Shown: positions 32,805-43,565 of the stretch, in pieces | Numbering within the stretch: position 1 is the stretch's first letter | Layout of the letters: every line of letters starts with the position of its first letter | Assembly: GCA_017628025.1 (NCBI GenBank) | Contig: JAGBZX010000018.1 | Location: 4,786 to 68,785 of the forward strand | Direction: 5' to 3' | Source: Kiritimatiellia bacterium | Lineage (GTDB): Bacteria; Verrucomicrobiota; Kiritimatiellia; RFP12; UBA1067 | Length of the DNA: 64,000 nucleotides | Notes under the pieces: generated by a model | Databases searched by the model: none | Told to the model about the DNA's origin: nothing | What the model saw: the letters and a program-made list of their open reading frames with translations, nothing else | Program-made: the position numbers and the translations under genes

Positions 32805-34286
32805 TTACTGCGCAATACCACCACCGAGTGCCTTAAAGAGCGAGATAGCATTAAGTGTAATTTCGCCGCGCGAAACCACAAGCTCCTCTTCAAGATTCAA
32901 TAACGAACGCTGAGCGTCAATTACAGCCGTAAAGTCGCGAAGACCATTCTTATAGAGGTCCTTAGATATCGACACTGCATCTTGTGCTGCCTTAACAGCA
33001 CCCTTAAGCGCTTTGTGACGGTGATATTCCTGAGTATACGCTGCATAAACATCGCGCACTTCAGCATAAGCATTTTGAAGTGTTAACTCATAGGATAAAC
33101 ATTTCTCATGCATAAGAGCTTCTTGCGCCTTAATGTTCGCGTAAATACTACCACCGCGGAAAATTGGCCAACTGACGCTGGGACCAATTGCCGCGAAAAA
33201 TGACTCACGCTCAAAGAGATGATTCGCCTTGAGATTTTCAAGACCAAACGAACCATTAATAAAGAGTTTAGGGTACCAAAGCGATTTGGCAACACCAATT
33301 CTAGCTACCTCGGCGGCGAACTGGCGCTCGCTCTTACGAACATCAGGGCGAGAACGAAGCATATCAAGCGGGATCTGCGAAAGGCGCATAGGTCTTACCA
33401 TCCAATCGCGCACAGGGCAAGAAGACAACTCTTCATGTAATGAGCCAGGCATCTCACCTGCCAAAACAGCAATTGCGTTTTTAAGCTTTTCTTCTTGAGC
33501 TAAAAGCTGAGGAATTCTAGCGCGCGTCTGATCAACAACATACTTTGACTGATTAACAGCAAGCTCATCACCGATACCAGAATCTAAACGCGATTTCAAA
33601 ATATCATATGTCTCGCTTTGTAAAACGAGGTTTGTGCGAGCTACTTCAATACGCTGTTGGGTAGTACGAAGTTCTATATAACGACGAGCAACTTCTGCCG
33701 TAAGAGTGACCCATGCATCAGAAAGCCCCCAACCTGCAGCCATTGCATCAGCCCATGCAGCCTCAGCCGCCCTTCTGCTACCGCCGAAAATATCAATTTC
33801 CCAGCTAGCATCAAAGCCAACAGTGAAAGATTCTCCAAAGCGCTTATCGCCCGCACCAGATGGAGTATTAGCACCTTTTTCTGTCCACGTCGCATTGCCC
33901 GAGCCGTCGACTTTTGGCATAAAAGCAGCATAAGCACCAAAAAGCTGCCACCTGGCCTGAGTCAAACGCTCCTGCGCTACTAAGTACGACCTATTATCAG
34001 CAACTGCTCTAGTTACCAAATTATCAAGAAGTGGATCATTAAACTTGCTCCACCACGAAACAATCTCGTTGGTCGTTATCTCAACGCGCAAATCATCGTT
34101 TTTTTCTGCAGACTTGTATTCGCCTATCTTATTGAGATCATCAATCGGCATACCCGCATCTGGCATAGATGTTTTAGGCAACTCAAAAGTAACCTCTTTA
34201 TAGTCAGGCCCAACCGAGGGCAAAGACATGCAACCAGCAACTAACGCAACTAACGCAATTAGTCCATATTCATTTTTATTCTTCAT
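32805..34286 (-). CDS. RND efflux outer-membrane factor lipoprotein (NodT/TolC family)
   Basis: It has the lipobox LVALVAGC and two TolC-like repeat halves. It overlaps the RND pump gene by 4 nt. Confidence 0.85.
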   Translation of the reverse strand: MKNKNEYGLIALVALVAGCMSLPSVGPDYKEVTFELPKTSMPDAGMPIDDLNKIGEYKSAEKNDDLRVEITTNEIVSWWSKFNDPLLDNLVTRAVADNRSYLVAQERLTQARWQLFGAYAAFMPKVDGSGNATWTEKGANTPSGAGDKRFGESFTVGFDASWEIDIFGGSRRAAEAAWADAMAAGWGLSDAWVTLTAEVARRYIELRTTQQRIEVARTNLVLQSETYDILKSRLDSGIGDELAVNQSKYVVDQTRARIPQLLAQEEKLKNAIAVLAGEMPGSLHEELSSCPVRDWMVRPMRLSQIPLDMLRSRPDVRKSERQFAAEVARIGVAKSLWYPKLFINGSFGLENLKANHLFERESFFAAIGPSVSWPIFRGGSIYANIKAQEALMHEKCLSYELTLQNAYAEVRDVYAAYTQEYHRHKALKGAVKAAQDAVSISKDLYKNGLRDFTAVIDAQRSLLNLEEELVVSRGEITLNAISLFKALGGGIAQ

Positions 34287-37200
34287 ATTAATTTCCTATC
34301 CTTTAACTGACGACGACGTGCCGCGATTGTTGAAACGTATGAAAACGCGCGCTTAACCCTTTCACGCCACGTCTGGAAGAGTGCGTAAAGACCAGGCACG
34401 AGTAGTATACCAAAAACAACTGAGAATAACATTCCAAAGAATTCAGTAGTACCTAAATGGTTGCGGCTAGCAGCACCAGCACCAGTGGCAATCATCATAG
34501 GCAAGGTACCTAATAGAGTGGTAAGAGCAGTCATCAAAAGCGCTCGGAGTCGTTCGCCAGCTGCGGTTCCCGCCGCATCAACAATATCCATACCATCTTC
34601 CTCGCGCTTATCCTTAGCAAATTCGACAATTAAGATTGCATTCTTCGAAGCTAAGCCTACAAGTAAGACTAGACCTAGCTGAGCATAAATTGAAAGCGCA
34701 AAACCATAAATATGTAGCCCTACAAGAGCGCCAAACACAGCAACAAATATCGAAAGCATTACTGGCATTGGAATCGTCCACGACTCGTATTGAGCCACCA
34801 AGAAGAGATATCCAAATATAATGGCAAGTGCAACCAAAGGTGCCGCGGAGCCAGCATTCTTCTCTTCTTGATATGTAATACCACTCCATTCATAGCCAAA
34901 GTCTGGAGGAAGATTATCTGCCAGCAAACGCTTAACCTCTGCCATAACCTCGCCAGTCGCCACTCCAGGAGCTGGTAAAATAGTAATACCGCAAGCTGGA
35001 TACATGTTATAGCGACTCATTGCACGAGGACCAAGCTCGCGCTTAATCTCACCTAAGGAGCCTACTGGCACCATATTGCCTGTTGATGAACGCACATAAA
35101 GCTGCGCAACCGCCTCTGGAGTAGCGCGCCCTGCCCAGTCTGCCTGTACTGTCACACGGTTAACCTGCGTTCCTAGGTTAATATCATTAACGTATCTAGA
35201 ACCAAGATAGTTCTGAAGTGTTGCATATGCGCTTGCAACTGGCACATGGAACATTTCTGCTTTAGTACGATCAATTTCAAGCCTAAGGTGCGGAGTTTTT
35301 GCAGTATAGCCTGAGAACGCCGCCATAATTAGAGGAGAAGCATTAAATTTACCGAGCATTAAATTCTTGATATTATCAAGCCTAATAGCATCTGTACCAC
35401 CTCGCGACTGTAAACGCAAGTCAATGCCATTTGAATTGCCTAAGCCTGGAATAGCAGGCGGAACGAAGACCTGAAACTTTGGCTCAGGAATCTCCGAAAG
35501 CAACGTTTGTATGCGCCCAATCATAGCTGAAGCATGCTGCTCAGGCAATGGCCTAGAGCCCCATTCATCAAGGTCAATAATAAGCATCGACTGGTTTTCG
35601 CCGCGCCCACCTACCATCGACATACCATTAATTGCTAGAACAGACTTCACCTCTGGGAACGTCTTGATAAGTAATTCTGTAGCTCGCATAGTGACAGCCT
35701 GGCTTCTTGCACGCGTCGTTCCTTCAGGCATTTCACACATACAAAAGACAACGCTTTGGTCTTCTTCCGGCAAGAATGAAGTTTGTGTTTTCGAGAAAAG
35801 ATACGCCGTCAAAACCATCGTCAGCAAAAGTAACACAGCCGTAAGGAAAAGACGGGAGGCTAGCCACTTTGCCATTTGCACAAAGAAGCCTTTGAATTTA
35901 TTGATTGCCCAGTTGAACCACGCAAGCGGTCCATGCTTAAATGGTCTAGCTTCATGAAGCAAAAGCGAACATAATGCTGGCGCAAGCGTTAACGCGCACA
36001 CAGTTGAGAAGCAAACTGCCGCAGAAAGCGTAACTGAGAATTGCTGATAAATGCGACCTGTGATACCTGTCATAAAGCCTACAGGCACGAAGATACCTAG
36101 CAAAACAAGTGTAGTTGCTATAACAGCACCTGTAACATCACTCATCGCCTGTATCGTCGCTTCCTTCGCATTAAGACCACGAGTTTCAATTAAATACTGA
36201 ACGCGTTCAACAACAACTATACAGTCATCAACTACAACGCCGATAGCTAAAACTAGGCCAAACAATGTCAGAATATTAATCGAATATCCTAGCACTGCCA
36301 TCAAGATAAACGTTGAGCATAACGAAACTGGAATTGTAATACACGGTATTAATGTGGCGCGCCAATCTTGAAGGAAGAGATAGCACACAAACACAACAAG
36401 GAAAAACGTAATTGCTAAAGTTACTACGATTTCTTCAATACAACTTCTAACATAGATTGTCGCGTCATATGGCGTAACAAATTCCATATCTGCTGGAAAC
36501 GACTCAGAAAGTCGGCGCATTTCAGCCTGTACTGCATCCATCGAGGCAATTGCATTTGCGCCTGGCTTTTGTTGCAAACCAATCGCCACTGCATTACCAT
36601 TATTGAGCATACCAGAGAACATATAGTTTTGTTCACCTATCTCTGTACGCGCAACATCTTTTAATTTTACAATACCACCATTTTCATCGCGGCGAATAAC
36701 AATCTCTTCAAATTCCGCAGGCGTCATCAAACGCCCTTTAGCAATAAGAGTATAGGTAAAAGCACCATACTTTTCAGTTGGAGAAGCGCCAACAGCGCCT
36801 AGTGAAGCTTGAATGTTTTGTTTAGAAATAGCTGTTATAACCTCCTCAGAGTTCATCTTCTGAGCAGCCATTCTATCTGGATCAAGCCAAATTCGCATTG
36901 AGAGCTTTGGACCATAGACAGTAGCCTCACCGACACCAGGAACACGAAGAAGAGCTGGCTGAATATTCTGATAAATGTAGTCAGAAATAGCAAGGCGCGA
37001 ATGCGTCCCCTTAGGCGATGTTATAGCCATAAAGCCCAGGAAGTCTGTCGCCTGCGCACGCACACGGCCGCCTAATTCTTTAGCTTCTGCTGGAAGTTTT
37101 GCTTCAGCCTGCGAAAGACGGTTTTGAACTTTCACTAAGTCCATATCTCTATTTGATTCAACATCAAACGAGACATTAAGCTGATATGTGCCATCGTCTG

Positions 37201-37489
37201 TGGAGTCGCTTGTCATGTAAATCATGTCATCGACGCCATTAATCTCATCCTCGATTGGTGTAGCAATCGTATTCATCACTTCCTTGGCATTCGCACCAGG
37301 GTAAGTGTATGTAACTTGTATCTGCGGAGGAGTAAGCTGTGGATACTGCGATATTGGCAATTTCGTAATAGCCATTACACCAGCTATCGTCAAAACAATC
37401 GAAATGACCATCGCAAAGCGCGGGCGTTCAATAAACGTTCTTGAAAACGTTTTAATCTGGTCAATCGACGCTCTAATTGAAATTTTCAT
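34283..37489 (-). CDS. RND multidrug efflux permease (HAE1, AcrB-like)
   Basis: At 1068 aa it has the 12-TM AcrB architecture. Conserved segments include GLVLAIGVVVDDCIVVVE and LVGLASKNAILIVEFA. Confidence 0.9.
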   Translation of the reverse strand: MKISIRASIDQIKTFSRTFIERPRFAMVISIVLTIAGVMAITKLPISQYPQLTPPQIQVTYTYPGANAKEVMNTIATPIEDEINGVDDMIYMTSDSTDDGTYQLNVSFDVESNRDMDLVKVQNRLSQAEAKLPAEAKELGGRVRAQATDFLGFMAITSPKGTHSRLAISDYIYQNIQPALLRVPGVGEATVYGPKLSMRIWLDPDRMAAQKMNSEEVITAISKQNIQASLGAVGASPTEKYGAFTYTLIAKGRLMTPAEFEEIVIRRDENGGIVKLKDVARTEIGEQNYMFSGMLNNGNAVAIGLQQKPGANAIASMDAVQAEMRRLSESFPADMEFVTPYDATIYVRSCIEEIVVTLAITFFLVVFVCYLFLQDWRATLIPCITIPVSLCSTFILMAVLGYSINILTLFGLVLAIGVVVDDCIVVVERVQYLIETRGLNAKEATIQAMSDVTGAVIATTLVLLGIFVPVGFMTGITGRIYQQFSVTLSAAVCFSTVCALTLAPALCSLLLHEARPFKHGPLAWFNWAINKFKGFFVQMAKWLASRLFLTAVLLLLTMVLTAYLFSKTQTSFLPEEDQSVVFCMCEMPEGTTRARSQAVTMRATELLIKTFPEVKSVLAINGMSMVGGRGENQSMLIIDLDEWGSRPLPEQHASAMIGRIQTLLSEIPEPKFQVFVPPAIPGLGNSNGIDLRLQSRGGTDAIRLDNIKNLMLGKFNASPLIMAAFSGYTAKTPHLRLEIDRTKAEMFHVPVASAYATLQNYLGSRYVNDINLGTQVNRVTVQADWAGRATPEAVAQLYVRSSTGNMVPVGSLGEIKRELGPRAMSRYNMYPACGITILPAPGVATGEVMAEVKRLLADNLPPDFGYEWSGITYQEEKNAGSAAPLVALAIIFGYLFLVAQYESWTIPMPVMLSIFVAVFGALVGLHIYGFALSIYAQLGLVLLVGLASKNAILIVEFAKDKREEDGMDIVDAAGTAAGERLRALLMTALTTLLGTLPMMIATGAGAASRNHLGTTEFFGMLFSVVFGILLVPGLYALFQTWRERVKRAFSYVSTIAARRRQLKDRKLI

Positions 37490-37499
37490 TTTTTAGTTC

Positions 37500-38702
37500 T
37501 CATTTAGTTTTGGCTTTTACACCGTCGGGGTTCTCATCATTAGCCGTAGGCGTGGCAAGGACAACCTTCATGCCATTGCCTAACTTACCTACACCAGAAC
37601 AGACAACCTTCTCTCCTACTTCAAGACCTTCTATCACAGGCACAAAACCATTCGCCGCAGGAAGAACCTTAACATTGCGAGCCGTTACTGTTGAATCAGA
37701 ACCAAGAACATAAACGCCCACATTACCTCCAGGCATATCAGTTACTGCCGACTGTGGCACCGAGGGATATTCTGGCGGAACCTTGTCATCACTTAGAAGC
37801 GTTACATAGCTATTAGGCACAAGAAGTCGCTCTGGATTGGGGAACGAAAGACGCATCTGAATCGTAGCAGTCTCAAGGCTCATCGCATTGTCATCGAATG
37901 CCCACGTGCCTTCTTGGTTATAAATTGAGCCATCTGCAAGAACTAGCCTTAAACGATAATCGGCTGCCTTGCCTTCTTCTTTTGCGCGGCGCCAAGCGAT
38001 ATAACTACGGTCAGTAAGAGGGAATGAAACACGCATCGGATCGATTTGTACAATCCTAGCTAAAGCACCCTTTGAAGGGGCGACATAGTCACCTACATAC
38101 ATATTGGACTTACCAATTTGCCCAGAAATTGGAGCATAAACCTTTGTCTTTTTAAGGTCGTATTCTGCAACTACTAAATTAGCCTTTGCCTGAAGAACAC
38201 CGGCCTTTGCTGATTCAAAAGCAGCCTCTGCATTATCACGCTCTAACTGTGTGATACCACGCGAGTCTGCCTCTTGCATACGCTTAAAATATCTTTCAGC
38301 GCGGCGCTCTTCTGCTACTGCCGCTGCAAGATCTGCCTTGCGTTGATTTGCTACAGCCTGATAGCGTTCATCATCAAGAATATAAAGAAGTTGCCCTGCT
38401 TTTACAGTATCACCTTCTTTAAAAAGCATCTCCTTAATATAGCCATCTACTTGAGGTAAAAGATCGACCTCTTGCATTGCCTCTGCGTGAGCAACAAACT
38501 TCTGAGCGCTAGCATAAGGCATCTTTTTAACTTCACTAACAGCAACACTTTGAGCAGCCTGTTGAGGCATCGCAACAGCAGAGGCTGATTTTTTTGGCAT
38601 AAGTTCTCGGGCTATCCAGCCACCAGTTACACAAGCAGCAGACAAAACAACCGTCGCCAAAACTGAACCAACGGCTGATTTTGTATTATTTTCAGTACTC
38701 AT
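37500..38702 (-). CDS. RND efflux periplasmic adaptor (membrane fusion protein)
   Basis: It has the lipoyl/hairpin pattern (VDGYIKEMLFKEGDTVKAGQLLYILDD..YAPISGQIG). I prefer the start at 38702 (MSTENNTKS..) with an AAAGGAA SD. The track start at 38747 overlaps tetR. Confidence 0.85.
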   Translation of the reverse strand: MSTENNTKSAVGSVLATVVLSAACVTGGWIARELMPKKSASAVAMPQQAAQSVAVSEVKKMPYASAQKFVAHAEAMQEVDLLPQVDGYIKEMLFKEGDTVKAGQLLYILDDERYQAVANQRKADLAAAVAEERRAERYFKRMQEADSRGITQLERDNAEAAFESAKAGVLQAKANLVVAEYDLKKTKVYAPISGQIGKSNMYVGDYVAPSKGALARIVQIDPMRVSFPLTDRSYIAWRRAKEEGKAADYRLRLVLADGSIYNQEGTWAFDDNAMSLETATIQMRLSFPNPERLLVPNSYVTLLSDDKVPPEYPSVPQSAVTDMPGGNVGVYVLGSDSTVTARNVKVLPAANGFVPVIEGLEVGEKVVCSGVGKLGNGMKVVLATPTANDENPDGVKAKTK

Positions 38703-38725
38703 TAGATAATTCCTTTCAATTGCTT

Positions 38726-39343
38726 TTAAACTTTTATACCGTTCCATAACGAATCATACGCATGCTTAAGCGTAAGAGACATATCGGAAACAAGAAAACC
38801 TTCTATTTTACGCTTTATAATGCCATCCCAGATAGCCATTACAGAACTAGCTATTTCATCAGGATTAACACCCACCTTTACGCGGCGCGCTTCTACATCT
38901 GCATTTAACGCATTTAAGACTGCCATATACGGGCCATCAGAACGCTCTTCTATAAAACTTTTAGCTAACTGTGCCAATTCGGCATCTGTCCATTTAAGCC
39001 CTACATTCATCAACATAAAAAATTCACTGCGCCGTCTATCTGTAGTAATGCGCTCAGCCATTTGAACTAGCATCTCCGCGACAGCAGGAAACGTTATTTC
39101 GCGACCTTGCATTTTCTCTGCCAATGCTGCGGAGAAGCGATCTAAAGCCTCACTAAGAAGAGCTTTAAGAAGATCTTTTTTAGATGGGAAATGCCAATAG
39201 ATAGCACCTTTTGTCATTTTGAGTTTTGCAGCAATATCATTAAATGTAGTATGCTCATAACCCCTTTTAACAAAAAGCGCAAGAGCGTTCGAAAGTATTC
39301 TCGAACGCGTTTTTTCTGCTTCTTCTTTAGTCTTTCTTGACAT
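38726..39343 (-). CDS. TetR/AcrR-family transcriptional repressor
   Basis: The N-terminal HTH is ILSNALALFVKRGYEHTTFNDIAAKLKMTKGAIYWHFPSKKDL. It is the first gene of the efflux operon. Confidence 0.85.
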   Translation of the reverse strand: MSRKTKEEAEKTRSRILSNALALFVKRGYEHTTFNDIAAKLKMTKGAIYWHFPSKKDLLKALLSEALDRFSAALAEKMQGREITFPAVAEMLVQMAERITTDRRRSEFFMLMNVGLKWTDAELAQLAKSFIEERSDGPYMAVLNALNADVEARRVKVGVNPDEIASSVMAIWDGIIKRKIEGFLVSDMSLTLKHAYDSLWNGIKV

Positions 39344-39354
39344 AATTGTCGCGT

Positions 39355-39384
39355 ATTATACATACTTTCAGGTAGGTATGTCAA
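39355..39384 (-). promoter_or_regulatory. Candidate promoter of the tetR-RND operon with an embedded palindromic operator
   Basis: The minus strand reads TTGACA (39379-39384), an 18-nt spacer, then TATAAT (39355-39360). The inverted repeat ACATAC-N10-GTATGT (39360-39381) spans the spacer. Only 11 nt without an SD lie between the -10 box and the ATG. Confidence 0.4.
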
Positions 39385-39493
39385 GCACTTTCTTTTTATA
39401 TACGTAAATCCCCTACGTGGAACAGAAAAACGCCCGCTACCGCGGACTTCCCTAAAACCTCAACAATTACGTTGCGCTTGGTCTTGAACACAT

Positions 39494-42400
39494 CTATCGC
39501 GAAAATCTCCGCGGCGCTTGAATTGACAACTTAACCGGCCCTATTAACCCAGAAGGCAAAAGCGCATCATCTGCTCGCCAATATCGCCATGAAGCAAATG
39601 TTACTCGCCCTTCCCTTTTAGGATTTTCAAATATCGGCAGCTCTGAAGCAACTTCTCCATACTTTGTTTTTACCCACTTCTTTTCTGGTGCAACCTTCTC
39701 ATCACCAATTATCCTATTAGGCCAAAGATTCGCAACTTTTATTATAACTGAAGCTTCCCCATCAGGCGAAAGAGAATCTGTTATGTCAAGTTTATATGGT
39801 CTTCTCCATAACGCATCATAAGTGCGACCATTTACAGTTACTTCTGCCACATTTTTCACATCTCCTAAACTAAGAATTGCACGCTCACCTCTTTGCACAT
39901 CACACTTAATAGTAGTCTTATATGTAGCACTACCTGAAAAATACTTAATGTTGGGATCAGCAAATTTCGACCAATCAAACAATGAATTCATCCGGATTTT
40001 CTCTTTACGCTCTCCTCCTGTATACCAATCAATCGGAAACTCGATTATCCATGGCCCTTTAATTTCTTCACCATTACGCTCTTCAAAAACTTCATTACTT
40101 TGAGCTGACTCCGTTGGCAAAGGCCTAAACATCACAAAGAACGAACCCTTTGGCGGAAAGCTAATTTTCACAAACGTGCGCCCATCTTTCTCTCGCACAT
40201 TTACCGCGTCAAAGACTCTGCCACTTTCCATATCCCACAGCTCGACATTACGCCCAGTAATTCTAAACGAACACTCTTCTTCAACTTCTTCCTCTCCTGG
40301 CCACGCGACAAAATACCCGTCTGTCCCATCTGTATATTTACGATGAATATATCTTATCTCTTTTGAAGAAGTAAAATCAGGTTTTAAACCATATGATTCT
40401 AACACTTCAAGCGTAGGAGTTTCTTGAACTACAACCAGTCCTTCATCTCGCCATTTCGAAATCAAATCAAAATCCTTTTTAGAACAATACTGCGCTGGAT
40501 TAACAATAAGATGCGAATACTTAACTCCTGATGGAGCAACAAGCAAGCCATTTACCATTTTAAAAGAACCCAGTATTGAGCCACATGCTGAATCAATACC
40601 GTAATTTTTACTAAGCTCGATTACTGGATCTTCGTTAACAGTGCATGCGTTCGTCCATCCGCCATAATTTGGTGTAGTTGAGCCAGTAAAAAGTAAAATA
40701 TCTCTACATATACGACCTTCTTGAAGAAGATACTGTGCACGCGTCTGATACTTTATCCAAGGTCGAACATACCGCCACCATGTCTGGGTACGTTCAAACC
40801 AAGTGCCCCACGGCCCCATCGTCATACCAGGTAAACAATCGTTCTTCACCCACGGCTGATGCGCCCAACGATGATAAACAACTTTATTCACACCAGCGGC
40901 ATAAGCTTCATCGCCACGACCCTTGTAACTAAAAATATCATGAGACCAGCCCTTGACCTCAGTAGATGTCGTAAATGACTCGGCGGCAATTTTCCTCTGC
41001 CCAAAAATATGTCCTATCGAAGCTACTGGATAAACATTTTGAGCATGAGTATACATTGGTTTAGGCGTATCTGAACTCCAAAATTCCCACATCGGCTCAT
41101 CTGCTACGCTCCCATATAATTGATCGTCTGCTGGATGCGAGCCATACGGTTCTATTACTAACTTTAGAGAATGCTCTTTTAATCGACGTTTCATTTCTCC
41201 AGCATAGTTTTCTACGAAAAGTTCGCTTACAGTGTTTCGGAAATCTTGAAGAAACTGCTTCGTTTCATCTATAGAGTTTATTATTTTGCCAGCAAACAAT
41301 AACATGTAAGGAGTAATCTCGTAGCCAGATTTTCGTAGAAACTCTTTTTCAAAACCATCTGTCCAGTTTTGACAACCCACCTCGTAACTATCAATAAGAA
41401 CGGCATTTATACCTTTACCAGTTTTAGCGCGCGGCCCTATGCGTTTTAAAACCTTGCCTAGATACCCATCGAAAAAGCGAGATATTGCAGCCGCCGAAAG
41501 TTTATCACTCTCAAGCCCACTACCGAATTTTGTTGCTGGGTGATTTTTAACTCCAGTTGATGTATACCCAAACCTAAAAATCTGCCAATCGCCATCAGGC
41601 AAACAACAAGAAAGGACGCCGTCTTTTGAGTATCTTGTTAAATCCATGACTTTATACTTTTCTATTACGCAATCTTCTGCACTAATATCGCTAGTAATAC
41701 CTCTTCCTGTTCGTGAATAAACCAGGTGTTCGCTAAGTGTCGGAAAATCCACTCTACGGACTAATCCGATATCAGAAGATACAACCCTAAAACTATTTTT
41801 TTCCAACCCCTTGAAATCTACTATTATACGAAAATACTTAGCCTCTACTTCTTGATCAAAATCTATATACCTAGTTTGCAACTCTGCTTGTTTGCCTACT
41901 CGTAACTTATAATGCGGCTGTTCAAGAACAGTTTTATAAACTTCACCATCATTTGATGCTTTTATTGTAAGGCTACAAGTTTCGTTCCATGATTTGTTAA
42001 GAGGGCCATCAAAACGAATTTGAAGTTGAGAAGCGGCTGACTTTTTAGGAAACTCAAACGATTTAACATAGAGACTATCAAGGATGCGTTCTTGAATTTT
42101 CACCTCAGGCTCTAGCGTTGGAAATTGCTCTCCATTCACTGCTGGTATAGCAAGTGTACAGATATCGCGATAAAAATTCTCTTTAATCATTGGCAACGGT
42201 AAATCAACTTCAATCTTACCACCGCCTCTAATAAATTTTTCACTGTAAGTAACAACCTTCATTGAATCTTCAGGCTCTACCCACGGGCCGCCAGAACTAG
42301 AAAATCCGCTACAATTTGCTAGCGTTAATTCTAACCCTAGTCGTTGGGCTTGGAGATTTGCGTGTTCTAGCATCTCATACCAACTTTCCGAACCGAACTT

Positions 42401-42646
42401 AACAGGGCCTTCAGGGATATCACAATGGACATCAAAAATATGAGCGCCCGAAAGTCCTGCCCATGCCATTGCTTCTAAATCTGCCGTTATCCCTTCTTTA
42501 GTTACATTACCATTCATCCAGTGCCACCAAGTTTGAGGGGCGTATTCGCGACGCGGCGAAACGAACCGATCATATAGTTCATCGGCAAAAATAACAAGAG
42601 AAAAAGAAAGAGTAAAAAATGCCGTTATAGATAATTTACAGATCAT
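39494..42646 (-). CDS. Secreted glycoside hydrolase, GH106-like (alpha-L-rhamnosidase type) with a C-terminal galactose-binding-like jelly roll
   Basis: The N-terminal motif is PRREYAPQTWWHWMNGNVTKEGITADLEAMAWAGLSGAHIFD. The C-terminal motif is LSLGDVKNVAEVTVNGRTYDALWRRPYKLDITD..KVANLWPNRIIGDE. The family assignment rests on motif memory and was not searched. Confidence 0.65.
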   Translation of the reverse strand: MICKLSITAFFTLSFSLVIFADELYDRFVSPRREYAPQTWWHWMNGNVTKEGITADLEAMAWAGLSGAHIFDVHCDIPEGPVKFGSESWYEMLEHANLQAQRLGLELTLANCSGFSSSGGPWVEPEDSMKVVTYSEKFIRGGGKIEVDLPLPMIKENFYRDICTLAIPAVNGEQFPTLEPEVKIQERILDSLYVKSFEFPKKSAASQLQIRFDGPLNKSWNETCSLTIKASNDGEVYKTVLEQPHYKLRVGKQAELQTRYIDFDQEVEAKYFRIIVDFKGLEKNSFRVVSSDIGLVRRVDFPTLSEHLVYSRTGRGITSDISAEDCVIEKYKVMDLTRYSKDGVLSCCLPDGDWQIFRFGYTSTGVKNHPATKFGSGLESDKLSAAAISRFFDGYLGKVLKRIGPRAKTGKGINAVLIDSYEVGCQNWTDGFEKEFLRKSGYEITPYMLLFAGKIINSIDETKQFLQDFRNTVSELFVENYAGEMKRRLKEHSLKLVIEPYGSHPADDQLYGSVADEPMWEFWSSDTPKPMYTHAQNVYPVASIGHIFGQRKIAAESFTTSTEVKGWSHDIFSYKGRGDEAYAAGVNKVVYHRWAHQPWVKNDCLPGMTMGPWGTWFERTQTWWRYVRPWIKYQTRAQYLLQEGRICRDILLFTGSTTPNYGGWTNACTVNEDPVIELSKNYGIDSACGSILGSFKMVNGLLVAPSGVKYSHLIVNPAQYCSKKDFDLISKWRDEGLVVVQETPTLEVLESYGLKPDFTSSKEIRYIHRKYTDGTDGYFVAWPGEEEVEEECSFRITGRNVELWDMESGRVFDAVNVREKDGRTFVKISFPPKGSFFVMFRPLPTESAQSNEVFEERNGEEIKGPWIIEFPIDWYTGGERKEKIRMNSLFDWSKFADPNIKYFSGSATYKTTIKCDVQRGERAILSLGDVKNVAEVTVNGRTYDALWRRPYKLDITDSLSPDGEASVIIKVANLWPNRIIGDEKVAPEKKWVKTKYGEVASELPIFENPKREGRVTFASWRYWRADDALLPSGLIGPVKLSIQAPRRFSR

Positions 42647-42681
42647 TCTTTATTATCGCTTTCTTAAATTCTTATAGAACA

Positions 42682-43563
42682 TTAATCAAATGTTATTCCG
42701 AAATTTAGCGCAACACTTCTAATGCTACCTTTACGGTGACGATTTAACATTCGCGGTGTTTTACTAGGCCCATCAAGCACAACTAGCGCAGTCGACCCGC
42801 CTCCGTCCATATTCAAAATATCTGATGCCCCTGCAGGCAACAAAATATCATTCAAATCTGCTAAATTCGCACCAAGGCTATAGCCAGGTTGTCGTCCATC
42901 AACCACAAGAAGATATAAGTATCGGCGATCTTTCGAAATACCAAACGCTGTGCGAGGATGCAAATCCTTAAGTTTACGTGGCGCTATTGCGACAGAGTTT
43001 GTTGCAATTATTTCAAAACCTGGATGCGAATGTAAAACTCTACCAAGTAACTCTGGTGCAACCTCTGAAGTAATCTCCGCTCGCCCATCTTTATATACTA
43101 CAAAAAGCGCGCCCTTGCCTGGCGTTTTGCCTGCACAAACCTCAACTCCATCTGAAACTACCCAACGCTCAGGATCTGCCCACGTATGCGTCCAAGGCGA
43201 GCACCAAGGCACCCATGGGGCAGTATTAATCGCAATCTCGACATTACGCCCCTCTCCACGCTTTCGCGACATAAAATCAAGCGTGCTTTCTCGTTTCGTG
43301 CGAATAAGCTTTACATCATTAGTGTAATCGGACATTATCTCTCCCCACTCTTTAGCACGCTCCGTCGTTACAAAGCCAATGCCGGGAGTCTTTAAATCAA
43401 TACTCATCACCCACGCCTTCATAAGGCGAGGTTTCTTAAAAGATAACGCCTTAAGTTTTACTCCTTCACGCACTTTTTTCGCGTCACGCCAATACGCACC
43501 ATCATTTGCGCAGCAAACCCATGATAAAAATGTCAGTAGAACTGCTATGATACTATTTTTCAT
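42682..43563 (-). CDS. Phosphodiester glycosidase family protein (DUF2233/NAGPA-like), secreted
   Basis: It has a signal peptide and the motif ILNMDGGGSTALVV typical of the family. Confidence 0.7.
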   Translation of the reverse strand: MKNSIIAVLLTFLSWVCCANDGAYWRDAKKVREGVKLKALSFKKPRLMKAWVMSIDLKTPGIGFVTTERAKEWGEIMSDYTNDVKLIRTKRESTLDFMSRKRGEGRNVEIAINTAPWVPWCSPWTHTWADPERWVVSDGVEVCAGKTPGKGALFVVYKDGRAEITSEVAPELLGRVLHSHPGFEIIATNSVAIAPRKLKDLHPRTAFGISKDRRYLYLLVVDGRQPGYSLGANLADLNDILLPAGASDILNMDGGGSTALVVLDGPSKTPRMLNRHRKGSIRSVALNFGITFD

Positions 43564-43565
43564 AG

